From: a candidate division FCPU426 bacterium
GTDB taxonomy: Bacteria > Oederibacteriota > JAAXVQ01 > JAUVAV01
Length of the DNA stretch: 64,000 nucleotides
Assembly (NCBI GenBank): GCA_040756875.1
Contig: JBFLYH010000002.1
Coordinates: 863,078 to 927,077, forward strand
Reading direction: 5' to 3'
The notes under the pieces were generated by a model, which was not told the origin of the DNA, did not search any database, and was given only the letters and a program-made list of their open reading frames with translations. Made by a program: the position numbers and the translations under genes. This document shows positions 29,469 through 38,757 of this stretch, in pieces; the first letter of the stretch is position 1, and each line of letters starts with the position of its first letter.

Positions 29469-29852
29469 ATGCCGGAAGACAGAAACGAAGGTGAAGTCGG
29501 CAGCATCCGCATTTCCGACGAGGCCATCGCCGTCATCGCCGGCCTGGCCGCGCTGGAAGTGGAGGGCGTCGCCTCCATGGCACACGGTACGGCGGACAGC
29601 TTTGCCGAAATGCTGGGCGTGAAGACGCCGCAGCGCCGCGGCGTGCGCGTGGAAGTGGCCAACGAGGAAGTCGCGATCGAGATCAACTTGTACGTGGAGT
29701 TCGGCGTGGACATTCCCTCGGTCTGCCAGAAAGTCCAGGATGGCGTGCGGGAGGCGGTGGAGGAAATGACCGGCCTGACCGTGTCGCAGGTCAACATCTC
29801 GGTCCAGGGCGTCAAACTTAAAGGCACCAAGAAAGAAAATCCGCTGGGATAG
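29469..29852 (+). CDS. Asp23/Gls24 family envelope stress protein (YqhY-like)
   Basis: GSIRISDEAIAVIAGLAA.EVEGV, GVRVEV, EEMTGL.V..VNI.V. Confidence 0.92.
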   Translation: MPEDRNEGEVGSIRISDEAIAVIAGLAALEVEGVASMAHGTADSFAEMLGVKTPQRRGVRVEVANEEVAIEINLYVEFGVDIPSVCQKVQDGVREAVEEMTGLTVSQVNISVQGVKLKGTKKENPLG

Positions 29853-29864
29853 AAAGGAAACAAC

Positions 29865-30482
29865 ATGCGCGGCGTCAATGTCAGTATGATGGTGTTGGGA
29901 ATCCTTACGGTCCTGCTGCTGGGCTTGTTGGGCCTGGCGGGCGCGATTTCGCCGGGGCTCTTCACGGCTTGGGGGGATTTTTTCGGCGGGCCCGTGGCGC
30001 TGGCCCTGGACACGCTCACCGGCCGCGTGATCGCCCTGGTCTGGGGAGGCGTGATCCTGGCGGTTTTGGCGTATTACGGGTGGGCCGCCGTCCGCAAATC
30101 CCAGCGCGAACGGACCGTGGTGCTTAAAAGCCCGCTGGGCGATGTGCTGGTTTCCCTGCCGGCCATCGAGGATTTCGCCCGCGTGCTGCGCGGGAAGATC
30201 GAAGGCCTGCGCGAAATCAAAGGCCGCGTGTGGTACACCCGCAAGGGCCTGAAAGTGACGGCCCGGATCGTGGTTTTCTCCGACGTCAGCCTGATCCAAG
30301 TGACGGAAAAAGTGCAGATGGAAGTGCTGAGCTACATCCAAAAAACGCTCAACATCACCCAGCCCATCCAACCCAAAGTCATCGTCACCAAAGTGGTGGC
30401 CCGTGAAAAACCGCTGACCATGGGCGGCGGCAAGGAGGAGTTGTCCGCGGACAAAGGCTCCTACGGCTCGGCTTGGCGCTGA
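29865..30482 (+). CDS. AmaP-like membrane anchor protein
   Basis: Two N-terminal TMs, then SPLGDVLVSLPAIED; directly follows asp23. Confidence 0.7.
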   Translation: MRGVNVSMMVLGILTVLLLGLLGLAGAISPGLFTAWGDFFGGPVALALDTLTGRVIALVWGGVILAVLAYYGWAAVRKSQRERTVVLKSPLGDVLVSLPAIEDFARVLRGKIEGLREIKGRVWYTRKGLKVTARIVVFSDVSLIQVTEKVQMEVLSYIQKTLNITQPIQPKVIVTKVVAREKPLTMGGGKEELSADKGSYGSAWR

Positions 30483-30632
30483 GCCCGGGACGGTTTCGCC
30501 CGAAGTTAAGGTTCGCACCCTCCCCGTGCGAGGAGTTCCGAAGGCTCCGACGCAGATCGTCCATCCTTCCTTCTCTCTCCGTATGCGCCGTGGCGGGTTC
30601 GTGACCACGTTTTACCACCCCGGGAGCGTATA

Positions 30633-31100
30633 ATGCCAGACGCGTGGTATCGATTGCTGGACGCCAATTGCAACCGGGCGCGCGAGGGCCTGCGCGTGGT
30701 GGAGGATCTGGCCCGTCTGGTCTGGGAGGACGCGGACGTGCAGCGGCGCATCAAGCGCCTGCGGCACGCCCTGCGGGAGGAAGAAGCCCGCGTGCCGCTG
30801 CCGGCCCGGGCCCGCAGCCGCGCCGTGGAACGCGATCCCGGCGCCCGCCTGACCCTGAGGTCCGAAGCCAGCCGCGCCACCTGGCACGATCTGGCGTGGG
30901 CCAACCTGCGGCGCAGCCAGGAAGCGCTGCGGGTCCTGGAGGAAATCGCCAAGCTCAGGCCCCGCGTGGTTGACGCAAGCCGGTTCAAGCGACTGCGATT
31001 TGAAACCTATGCTCTGGAAGGTCAGCTGGTGGAACGCTGGGGCAGAACCCAGCTTCCAATCGGGCGAAGATCGGGACGGAAAAGGAAAGGAAAGCCATGA
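30633..31100 (+). CDS. Standalone ThiD2-like protein (N-terminal domain of long ThiE)
   Basis: RLLDANCNRAREGLRVVED...ANLRRSQEALRVLEE...RFETYALE; overlaps the thiC start. Confidence 0.78.
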   Translation: MPDAWYRLLDANCNRAREGLRVVEDLARLVWEDADVQRRIKRLRHALREEEARVPLPARARSRAVERDPGARLTLRSEASRATWHDLAWANLRRSQEALRVLEEIAKLRPRVVDASRFKRLRFETYALEGQLVERWGRTQLPIGRRSGRKRKGKP

Positions 31101-32416
31101 CGCAACTGGAAGCGGCGCGCGCAGGCCAAATCACGCCCGCCCTGCAGGCCGTGGCAGCCGCGGAAAAAGCGGCGGTGGAAACCGTGCAAGCCGGTGTGGC
31201 GCAGGGTGTGATCGTGGTGCCGCACAATCCGGCGCGCGGCGCGCTGCTGGCGGCCGCGGCGGTCGGCATCGGCGCCGGGCTGAGGACCAAAGTCAACGCC
31301 AACCTCGGCACGTCTCCGGACTGCGCGGAGGCCGAGGAGGAACTGCGCAAGGCGCAAGCGGCGGTGGACGCCGGCGCGGACGCGCTCATGGACCTGTCCA
31401 CAGGCGGAGACCTGCTCGGCCTGCGGCGCCAGCTGCTGGAGCGCTTCAACGTGCCGCTGGGCACGGTGCCCATTTACGAAGCCGCGGTGCGGGCCCGCGA
31501 AAAAGGCGGCAGCTACCAGGCCATGACGCCGGACGACATGCTGGCCGTGGTCAGGGATCAGGCGGAACAGGGCGTGGATTTCATGACCATTCACGCCGGG
31601 GTGACGCAGGAAAGCCTGAAGCGTCTGCGGTTGCAAGGGCGCCTCATGGACATCGTCTCGCGCGGCGGGGCCATGCTCAGCGGCTGGATGCTGAAGCATG
31701 ACCAGGAAAATCCCTACTATACCCGCTTTGATGAACTGCTGGAGCTTTGCCGTCGGCACGACGTCACCCTGTCCCTGGGTGACGGCTTGCGTCCCGGCTG
31801 CCTGGCGGATGCCACGGACCGGGCGCAAGTCCAGGAACTGTTGACCCTGGGCGAACTGGCCCGGCGCGCCCGCAACGCGGGCGTGCAGGTGATGATCGAA
31901 GGCCCGGGGCACGTGCCCCTCAACCAGGTCGCCGCGAACATCCAACTGGAAAAATCGCTGTGCGAAGGCGCGCCGTTCTACGTGCTCGGCCCCCTGGTGA
32001 CCGACGTGGCCGCAGGCTACGACCACATCGCGTGCGCCATCGGCGGCGCGGTCGCGGCCGCGGCCGGCGCCGATTTCCTCTGCTATGTGACGCCGGCCGA
32101 GCATCTGCGCCTGCCCGATATCCAGGACGTCCGGCAGGGCGTGATCGCGGCCCGGATTGCGGCCCATGCCGCGGACGTGGCCAAGGGCGTGCCCGGCGCG
32201 CGCGAGTGGGACGAGAGCATGTCCCGGGCGCGCAAGGCGCTGGACTGGGAGCAGCAGATCGCCCTGGCCATCGACCCGCAGGCCGCGCGGGCCGCGCGGC
32301 AGTCGCGGCCGCCGGCCACGCCGGACGTGTGCACCATGTGCGGCGAATTCTGCGCGGTCAAAACCATCAACGAGTTTTTGTCCTGCAACGCTGAAGACCA
32401 GCGTCATGGCAAGTGA
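31097..32416 (+). CDS. thiC: Phosphomethylpyrimidine synthase ThiC (short form; BzaA/B/F paralog not excluded)
   Basis: TKVNANLGTS, MDLSTGG, GTVPIYE, VSRGG, SLGDGLRPG, EGPGHVP, GYDHI, CYVTPAEHL, CTMCGEFCA. Confidence 0.9.
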   Translation: MTQLEAARAGQITPALQAVAAAEKAAVETVQAGVAQGVIVVPHNPARGALLAAAAVGIGAGLRTKVNANLGTSPDCAEAEEELRKAQAAVDAGADALMDLSTGGDLLGLRRQLLERFNVPLGTVPIYEAAVRAREKGGSYQAMTPDDMLAVVRDQAEQGVDFMTIHAGVTQESLKRLRLQGRLMDIVSRGGAMLSGWMLKHDQENPYYTRFDELLELCRRHDVTLSLGDGLRPGCLADATDRAQVQELLTLGELARRARNAGVQVMIEGPGHVPLNQVAANIQLEKSLCEGAPFYVLGPLVTDVAAGYDHIACAIGGAVAAAAGADFLCYVTPAEHLRLPDIQDVRQGVIAARIAAHAADVAKGVPGAREWDESMSRARKALDWEQQIALAIDPQAARAARQSRPPATPDVCTMCGEFCAVKTINEFLSCNAEDQRHGK

Positions 32417-32478
32417 ACAAAAGGCTATAAGGCGTTGCAGGATGTCGCCTTCCAATTAAGCCGGATTTACGTGGGAAA

Positions 32479-33780
32479 TTAATGGTGCCCCGGCCTTCGG
32501 CCGTGGGGCTCCAAAGGGTTTATCATCAGGAACGCCGCACCCAGCGCGAAGAGCAGCAGTACGACCGAAAGGCTGAGGCGCGACGCCTGATCGCCCGCCA
32601 AACCGAAATGCCGGCCGGCCAGGGCCGCAGCGCCGAGCAGCAGGGGCCCGGCGGCAATAGCCAGCTTGCCCGTCAGATCGTACAGCCCGAAAAAAGCGGC
32701 CGCAGAATCCCGGGAAATCAACGTTGCATACCAGGCGCGGCTCAAAGCTTGGATGCCGCCCTGGACCAGCCCGATCCCAGCAGCCAGCAGGAAAAAATCC
32801 CCCGCAGACCGCAGGTTCATCCCCCCGAGGGTCACCAGCGCATAAATCACGATGGCCAGCAGCAAGGCCGGGCGCGCGCCCAGGCGCCGGCCGAGCATCC
32901 CAAAGGCCAGGGCCGCCGGAAACCCCACGGCCTGCGTGAGCAGCAGGGCCAGCAGCAGGGAGCGGGAGGACAGCCCGAGGGCCAGGCCGTAATCCACGGC
33001 CATGCGCATGATCGTGAAGACTCCGGCAATGTAGCAGATGTAAGCGGCGAGAAACAGCAGCACCGGCCGGCCGGCGGTCCGCAACTCACGCCAGACCGTC
33101 TGCAGGCGGCGCAGCCCGGCGCCGAACAGGCTCCAGCCGCGCTCCGCGCCAGGTTCCAAAGGCTCGGGCACCCAGCGCCACAAGGGCAAACTGAAGACCA
33201 GCCACCAGCCTGCGACCAGCACAAAGGAAGCGCGCACCGCGTCCGCGGCATTCGCCAGGCCGAAGCGGCCGGGTTGCCCGACCATCCAGATATTGAGCGC
33301 CAGGAGCAGTCCGCCGCCGACATAGCCCAGAGCGTAACCCCGGGCGGATACCGCATTGTAGTCTTCGGGAGGGGAAACCCGCGTCAGGAGCGCGTCATAG
33401 AAAATATTGCCGCCGGAAAAGCCGATGGAAGCCAGGATGTACAAACCGACGGCCAGGATCCACGCACCGGAAGGAACGGCCGCGAATGCCGAGGTGGCGG
33501 CCAGGCCCAGCAGGGCGAAGGCCGCCAGGAAGCGTTTGCGCGCCGAACCCTGGTCGGCAGCCGCGCCCAGCCACGGCCCCAGCACAGCCAGGGCCAGCCC
33601 GGCCGCGGAATTGGCCAGGGCCAGGCGGCCGGTGCTGGCCACCGGGTCCGCGCCTGCGCTCCAGTATTGTTTAAAAAAAACAGGGAAGAAACCGGCCATG
33701 ACCGTGGTGGCGAAGGCGGAATTGGCCCAGTCGTACAGGCACCAACTCCAGACTGCGCGGGAGAAGGCTGGGCGCCGCAT
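32479..33780 (-). CDS. MFS transporter (UMF1/Atg22-like)
   Basis: WCLYDWANSAF, FYDALL, GYALGYVGG, GGIQALSRA, FFGLY. Confidence 0.88.
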   Translation of the reverse strand: MRRPAFSRAVWSWCLYDWANSAFATTVMAGFFPVFFKQYWSAGADPVASTGRLALANSAAGLALAVLGPWLGAAADQGSARKRFLAAFALLGLAATSAFAAVPSGAWILAVGLYILASIGFSGGNIFYDALLTRVSPPEDYNAVSARGYALGYVGGGLLLALNIWMVGQPGRFGLANAADAVRASFVLVAGWWLVFSLPLWRWVPEPLEPGAERGWSLFGAGLRRLQTVWRELRTAGRPVLLFLAAYICYIAGVFTIMRMAVDYGLALGLSSRSLLLALLLTQAVGFPAALAFGMLGRRLGARPALLLAIVIYALVTLGGMNLRSAGDFFLLAAGIGLVQGGIQALSRAWYATLISRDSAAAFFGLYDLTGKLAIAAGPLLLGAAALAGRHFGLAGDQASRLSLSVVLLLFALGAAFLMINPLEPHGRRPGHH

Positions 33781-33794
33781 GCGGGCAGGGGGGG

Positions 33795-35450
33795 TTAGAA
33801 CAGCCAGGTCAGGCCCAATTGTCCGGAGAGGTCCTGCTCCGAGTCCTGGTCGACTTCCTTGAGGTCCACGGGTTTGTCGGGGAAATCCCAACCCATGGGA
33901 CTGTGTGCCACGCGCGTCAGCTGAACCGCAAGGTTGAGGCTCATGGGTCCGTCGCTTACGCCGACGCCGAAACGCAGTGAATCCGTGTTGGTGGTCCAGG
34001 TCCGCAGGGCCAGCGTGGAAGTATTGGGGCCGCGCGGCGTCCGCGATTCGTAGGTGACGCGTTCGTCCGTGTAGCCGAAACGCAGCGTCAGGCCGCGCAG
34101 GACTTCATACTGGGCGCCGAATCCGAACTGGTTGTATCCTGAATTGGCCAGGAGTTCTCCGGCTTGCCGGCTTTTAGAGGACCCCAGCCGGTACTGCATG
34201 GCGATGATGCTTTTTTCGGCCGGGACCACGGCCACGCCGATGCCGATGGACGAAGAGCCCGTGGTGATCTCCGGAGACAATTCCTGGGTGGCGAGGTCGA
34301 GCAGCTCCAGCCGGCCGGTGGGATAGGTATGCTCATGGCCGCGGTTGTCGAACTGCACGCCGAAACGCAGGTCGTCTTCACGCACCATGGGGAGGCGCAC
34401 GCGGAAGGACAGGCTGTACAGAAGGTTCTGCACGTCGCTGGCCAGGAGTGACGAACGGTCCGCCAGGCCGGGGAGATTGGTGTCCCAGCCGAGGTATTGT
34501 TCCTCAGCCTGCCAGGCGGTTTCCAAGGCCACATCCATGACATTGCGGTAGGCATAGAGGCCGTGCAGCATGAGGCTGCGGGGCCAGGCGGCGGTTTCCA
34601 AACGGTTGAACCAGCCGGAATCGGCGGCGGTTTCGGTGAGCGCCAGGGATTGATCGTCCGTCTGCCGCCCCGCCTTCAGCGTCAAACCGACGGTGAGCAG
34701 ATCCTCGGGCGTGAAAAGATCGGCCCAGCGGCTGGCTGCGCCCGCTTCGGCCGCCAAGGACCAGCGGTCGGCATTCAAAGCCGAGGAAAAGATTCCGGGT
34801 GTCGGCGCCAGGGCGTTAAGCCACGAGGCGTACGCCGCGCCTTCCCAGGATGAAATCCGGCCGCGCGCCAGATCGACGCCCGCGCCCAGCGAGAAACTCG
34901 GCGACGCCAGCCAGGCGCCGCGCAGGCGGCCGCCGCCCTGGTAATCCGTGCGCTCCCGGGTCTCGTCGGTCGAGGAGACGATCTCCGCCCCGGCCCGCGG
35001 ATCCAGCTGCAGCACGATTTCCGGCGAAAGCCAGGCCAAGGCGCCTCCGTAACCGGAGGTTTGCCACTGGTTCAAATGGATGGACCAGGTGCTGTCCTTA
35101 TGGCTGAAAACCGTGTCAGCCGGCAGGGTGTTGCCATAGGGATCCAGGTTGGGATATAGCGTGTTGCCGTACACATCCACGATCACGGCCTGGTCGGCGG
35201 GTTTGGTCGTGAATTCGGACATCTCGGTTTTTTGGGAGAGCAGCAGGGAGGCGTCCAGGCGGTCATGATGCGGCAGAAACGCGGCGCCGGCCGGATTGCC
35301 CAGGTTGAACAGGGACAGTACCGTGGTTTCGTCCTCCAGGACCAGATACGTGTCTCCCAGCGCCTGGACCGTCGCTTCGTCCGCAAGCGCGGCCAGGGAA
35401 CCCGCTCCCAATAAGATAACGACCATACCGGCAATTCCAAGACCGCGCAT
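33795..35450 (-). CDS. Outer-membrane beta-barrel protein (FadL/PorV-like N-terminus)
   Basis: Signal peptide; ALGD...NPAG motif; amphipathic strands (GFGAQYEV, LRFGY); C-terminal LGLTWLF; GAGGAAGG RBS. Confidence 0.7.
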   Translation of the reverse strand: MRGLGIAGMVVILLGAGSLAALADEATVQALGDTYLVLEDETTVLSLFNLGNPAGAAFLPHHDRLDASLLLSQKTEMSEFTTKPADQAVIVDVYGNTLYPNLDPYGNTLPADTVFSHKDSTWSIHLNQWQTSGYGGALAWLSPEIVLQLDPRAGAEIVSSTDETRERTDYQGGGRLRGAWLASPSFSLGAGVDLARGRISSWEGAAYASWLNALAPTPGIFSSALNADRWSLAAEAGAASRWADLFTPEDLLTVGLTLKAGRQTDDQSLALTETAADSGWFNRLETAAWPRSLMLHGLYAYRNVMDVALETAWQAEEQYLGWDTNLPGLADRSSLLASDVQNLLYSLSFRVRLPMVREDDLRFGVQFDNRGHEHTYPTGRLELLDLATQELSPEITTGSSSIGIGVAVVPAEKSIIAMQYRLGSSKSRQAGELLANSGYNQFGFGAQYEVLRGLTLRFGYTDERVTYESRTPRGPNTSTLALRTWTTNTDSLRFGVGVSDGPMSLNLAVQLTRVAHSPMGWDFPDKPVDLKEVDQDSEQDLSGQLGLTWLF

Positions 35451-35478
35451 GCCAATGACCTTCCTCTCGTGCGAATTC

Positions 35479-35615
35479 CATGGAGCTCCCCGGCCAAGGG
35501 CCCGGGGTACCAATGCTTGCCCTGCGTTTCTTGCAGGGTAAGCGGCGACATCCCCGCAGCAGAAGATCCGCATTCATCCCCGGCCATAGGCCGGAGGTTT
35601 CTGCGAAGGGGATGA
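35479..35615 (-). repeat. Structured dispersed repeat, family B (copy 2)
   Basis: Reverse complement TCATCCCCTTCGCAG...GGCCGGGGAGCTCCATG matches 14034-14221 minus the 50-nt insert. Confidence 0.75.
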
Positions 35616-35741
35616 AAAGGTAACGCCGATGATACCCTTGGGTTTTGCTTTGTGTCAAGCGTTACGAAAGCAGACCGGTTAGAATACTATATCTATATGA
35701 AGAACGGAAGCGCGTGGCCACGGGATTTGGACACCGTTTTC

Positions 35742-35771
35742 TTGACGCGGCGCAAAAATGTTTGCTATAGT
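35742..35771 (+). promoter_or_regulatory. Sigma70 promoter upstream of the aroB leader
   Basis: TTGACG-N18-TATAGT with extended -10 TG. Confidence 0.6.
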
Positions 35772-35781
35772 AACCCGTTCA

Positions 35782-35956
35782 GACGCATGGACCTGTTTCG
35801 TCCCTCCGCAAGACCTTCGGCCGGGCTTCGGCTCCCCAAGGGACCGCTGGCCGGAGCGAGGATTGCGGGATTATGTTGCGGAGGGAGGGAGCCCCGGCCA
35901 AAGATCCCCGCAGGGGCACTTGAGTCCGGGGGTCACTCCACTGGCACCAGTGCGTC
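35782..35956 (+). ncRNA. Candidate structured RNA / leader of unknown family
   Basis: Nested stems by eye: GACGCATGG/CCAGTGCGTC, TCCCTCCGCAA/TTGCGGAGGGA, CCCCGG/CCGGGG; starts just after the promoter. Confidence 0.4.
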
Positions 35957-35978
35957 CTGGTTTGGCGCGGAGGGCAGC

Positions 35979-37073
35979 ATGCCGACCGTTTGGGTTCGCT
36001 TTGGCGACCGGCGCGATTATCCGATCAGGGTCCAGCCCGGGGCGCTGTCCCGCACCGGCGCGTGGATGCGGCAGCGCGTGGCTGGCAGGACCGCCTGTCT
36101 CATCACGCATCCCGCGCTGCAGCGCCTGTACGGCCTGCGCGTCTCGGCTTCGTTGCGCGCCGCGGGCTTCGATGTGCTGACCCTGCTGGTGCCCGCGGGC
36201 GAAACCAGCAAATCCCTGGCATGGGCCGAGCGGCTGATCAGCAGCATGCTCCGCCGGCGCCTGGACCGTTCGGCCTGCGTGGTCGCGCTGGGCGGCGGCG
36301 TGGTCGGGGACTTGGCCGGGTTCGTGGCCTCGGTTTACCTGCGCGGCATTGAATTCGTGCAAATCCCCACGACCTTGCTGGCGCAAGTGGATTCCTCGGT
36401 CGGCGGCAAGGTGGCGGTGAACCACGCTCTGGGTAAGAATTTAATCGGCGCTTTTTTACAGCCGCGCCTGGTGGTTACAGATCCCGAGACCCTGCGTTCG
36501 CTCCCCCGGCGGCAGTTCCGGTCCGGGCTGGCGGAAATGATCAAGGCGGCGATTATCGCCGATGCCGCGTTTTTCAAGTATTTGGAAAAAAATTTGCCCC
36601 TGTTGCTGGCGCGCGATCCCAAGGCCTTGAGCCGGGCGTTGGCCTGGACGTGCGCGATCAAAGGCCGGGTTGTGGAGCAGGACGAAACCGAAAAGAACCT
36701 ACGGGCGATTTTGAACTATGGCCACACGTTCGGACATGCTCTGGAAACCTATCATCATTACAAACAGTATCTTCACGGTGAAGCCGTGGCCGTGGGAATG
36801 GTTATTGCCGCCCGATTGGCCCAGCAAACAGGCCTTTTGTCCCAGACTGATTCAGAACGGCAGGTTCGTTTAATTAAAATGGCAGGATTGCCGACAGTAG
36901 GAAAAGGGGAAAATATTCAGGCAATAATGAGTCTCATGAAAATTGACAAAAAAGCTCGAAGTGGTCAAAATAGTTTTGTATTGACACCTAAAATCGGTGG
37001 TGCTAGGATTGTGAGGAAAATACCGCCTTTTTCTGTACAACAGGCACTAAAAACCGTTCTCCGGAAGGCCTGA
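35979..37073 (+). CDS. aroB: 3-dehydroquinate synthase
   Basis: GETSKS, LGGGVVGDLAGF, PTTLLAQVDSSVGGK, KNLIGAF, LNYGHTFGHA, HGEAVA. Confidence 0.96.
   Translation: MPTVWVRFGDRRDYPIRVQPGALSRTGAWMRQRVAGRTACLITHPALQRLYGLRVSASLRAAGFDVLTLLVPAGETSKSLAWAERLISSMLRRRLDRSACVVALGGGVVGDLAGFVASVYLRGIEFVQIPTTLLAQVDSSVGGKVAVNHALGKNLIGAFLQPRLVVTDPETLRSLPRRQFRSGLAEMIKAAIIADAAFFKYLEKNLPLLLARDPKALSRALAWTCAIKGRVVEQDETEKNLRAILNYGHTFGHALETYHHYKQYLHGEAVAVGMVIAARLAQQTGLLSQTDSERQVRLIKMAGLPTVGKGENIQAIMSLMKIDKKARSGQNSFVLTPKIGGARIVRKIPPFSVQQALKTVLRKA
36981..37009 (+). promoter_or_regulatory. Intragenic sigma70 promoter for TPR/roadblock genes
   Basis: TTGACA-N17-TAGGAT with TG extension in the AT-rich 3' end of aroB; a second TTGACA-N17-CAAAAT at 36943-36971. 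Confidence 0.55.
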
Positions 37074-37086
37074 GGGCGGAGGTTAT

Positions 37087-38256
37087 ATGGCAAAAGACGA
37101 TTCCGGGTTTGCTGAAATTGAAGAATATAGCAAAAAATTGAACAGCAATCCCGAATCCCTCGTTTTTGTTCCTTTGGCCGAGTCGTACCGCAAGAGCGGG
37201 ATGCTGGACGAGGCGATAGAAACCTGCCTAAAAGGATTACAGATCCATCCCTCGTACATGAGCGCCCGCATGGTATTGGGCCGGGCTTATATGGAAAAGA
37301 AAATGTACGAGGAGGCGGCGACCGAATTCAAAAAAGTCGCCTCGGCGGATGTAAACAATATCATGGCCCATTCGCTGCTGGGCCAGAACTATCTGCTCCA
37401 GACCAAATACGCGGACGCCATTAAGGAATTCCAGAAAGTGCTGGCGCTTAACCCGGACGACGGCAATGCGCAGCAGATGCTGACCAAGGCCCTGGAATTG
37501 GCGAAACAGAGCAACGGCGCCAAGCCGGAAGCCGGACCGTCCGCCAAATCCGCGGCGGACGCGGAGCGCGACAAAAAACAAAACCTCACCCGCGCCGAAG
37601 AACTCAGCCGGCAGGGTGACGTTGAAAACGCGGTCAAACTGTACCAATTGATATTGGAAGCGGACCCTGAAAACCTGGTGGTTCGCCAGCGGTTGAAGGA
37701 TCTTGAAGTCAAGAAAGCCAAAGCCAGCACGGAACGCAAGGCGCCCGAACGCCCCCGTACGGAAGGCGGCATGTCCGGCCGGGACAATGACAAGATCACG
37801 TCGGACGACATTTTGTCCGTTATGAAAGACACGGTTCCCAGGCCTTCGGCCCCGCCGGCCCAGGTTCGTCAAGCTCCGGCTGCGGCCCCCAAGGCGGACG
37901 CGGCACCGGTTGCGGGCGAACCCATTCCGGCCCTGGCCAAGCTGCAGCAAACCGAAGGCATTATGGGCACCTTGCTGATGGACCTGCAGGGCACGGTGAT
38001 TTCCAGCGCCCTCCAGACCAAGACCGACGTCAAGGAACTGGTGTCGACCGTCTCCCTGATTTTCACCAAGACGGAGAAGTCGGTGCAAGTTATGCATTAC
38101 GGGCAGCAGGTCAACCAGATCTTGATTACGGGCGAACACGGCCAGATCATCTTCAGCAAGATCGGCAGCAAGATTCTGGTGGTGCTGGCCAACGACAACA
38201 TCAATCTGGGAAAGATGCGCCTGGCCATGAGTGAAGTGGTCAAGGTGCTGCGATAG
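37087..38256 (+). CDS. TPR-repeat protein with C-terminal roadblock/LC7 domain
   Basis: PESLVFVPLAESYRKSG...TPRs; Pro/Ala linker; EGIMGTLLMDLQGTVISS...NLGKMRLAM. Confidence 0.85.
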   Translation: MAKDDSGFAEIEEYSKKLNSNPESLVFVPLAESYRKSGMLDEAIETCLKGLQIHPSYMSARMVLGRAYMEKKMYEEAATEFKKVASADVNNIMAHSLLGQNYLLQTKYADAIKEFQKVLALNPDDGNAQQMLTKALELAKQSNGAKPEAGPSAKSAADAERDKKQNLTRAEELSRQGDVENAVKLYQLILEADPENLVVRQRLKDLEVKKAKASTERKAPERPRTEGGMSGRDNDKITSDDILSVMKDTVPRPSAPPAQVRQAPAAAPKADAAPVAGEPIPALAKLQQTEGIMGTLLMDLQGTVISSALQTKTDVKELVSTVSLIFTKTEKSVQVMHYGQQVNQILITGEHGQIIFSKIGSKILVVLANDNINLGKMRLAMSEVVKVLR

Positions 38257-38268
38257 ACGGGAGTCGGC

Positions 38269-38628
38269 ATGGACTTTAAAGCCATTCTCAACGAGATGGT
38301 CAGCAACGTGGACGGGGCCATCGGCGCCGGGCTGGTGGGCACCGACGGCATCGTGATCGACCAGGTGTCCCTGAAAGGGTCTTTCAACATCAGCGACGTC
38401 GGGGCGGAATATGCGACCATCATTAAGAACGCCAAGAAGGCGTCGGAGAGTTTCGGCTTAGGCAAGACCAGTGAGATTCTCATCAGCACCGAGCGGGCCA
38501 TGATGATCATGAACACGGTGAGCACCCAATATTTCTTGGCCATTGCGCTGGAACTGGACGGTAACCTGGGACGCGGACGCCTGGAAGTGAAAAAGGCGAT
38601 CCCCAAGATCGAAAAAGAATTGACATAA
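38269..38628 (+). CDS. Roadblock/LC7 domain protein (MglB/MglC-like)
   Basis: VDGAIGAGLVGTDGIVI...GNLGRGRLEV. Confidence 0.88.
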   Translation: MDFKAILNEMVSNVDGAIGAGLVGTDGIVIDQVSLKGSFNISDVGAEYATIIKNAKKASESFGLGKTSEILISTERAMMIMNTVSTQYFLAIALELDGNLGRGRLEVKKAIPKIEKELT

Positions 38629-38757
38629 TGTTTCGTCCCCGCTAGCGGGCACCGCCACTTTTAGCCGCAAGGCTGAAAGTGGTTTTTTTTAGGGAAAAAC
38701 CGCGGATGCCCGCACGGATTCTTAGCCGGTCGCGCGGCGGCCGGACCGGAGGTCGGC

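Noticed and set aside
30483-30632. TPP riboswitch upstream of thiC
   Set aside because: Conserved CTGAGA and ACCTGA motifs are absent.
35479-35615. HDV-like or other self-cleaving ribozyme (CTGCGAAGGGGATG recalls J4/2-P2)
   Set aside because: No P3/L3 or P1.1 elements can be placed, and there is no hammerhead core.
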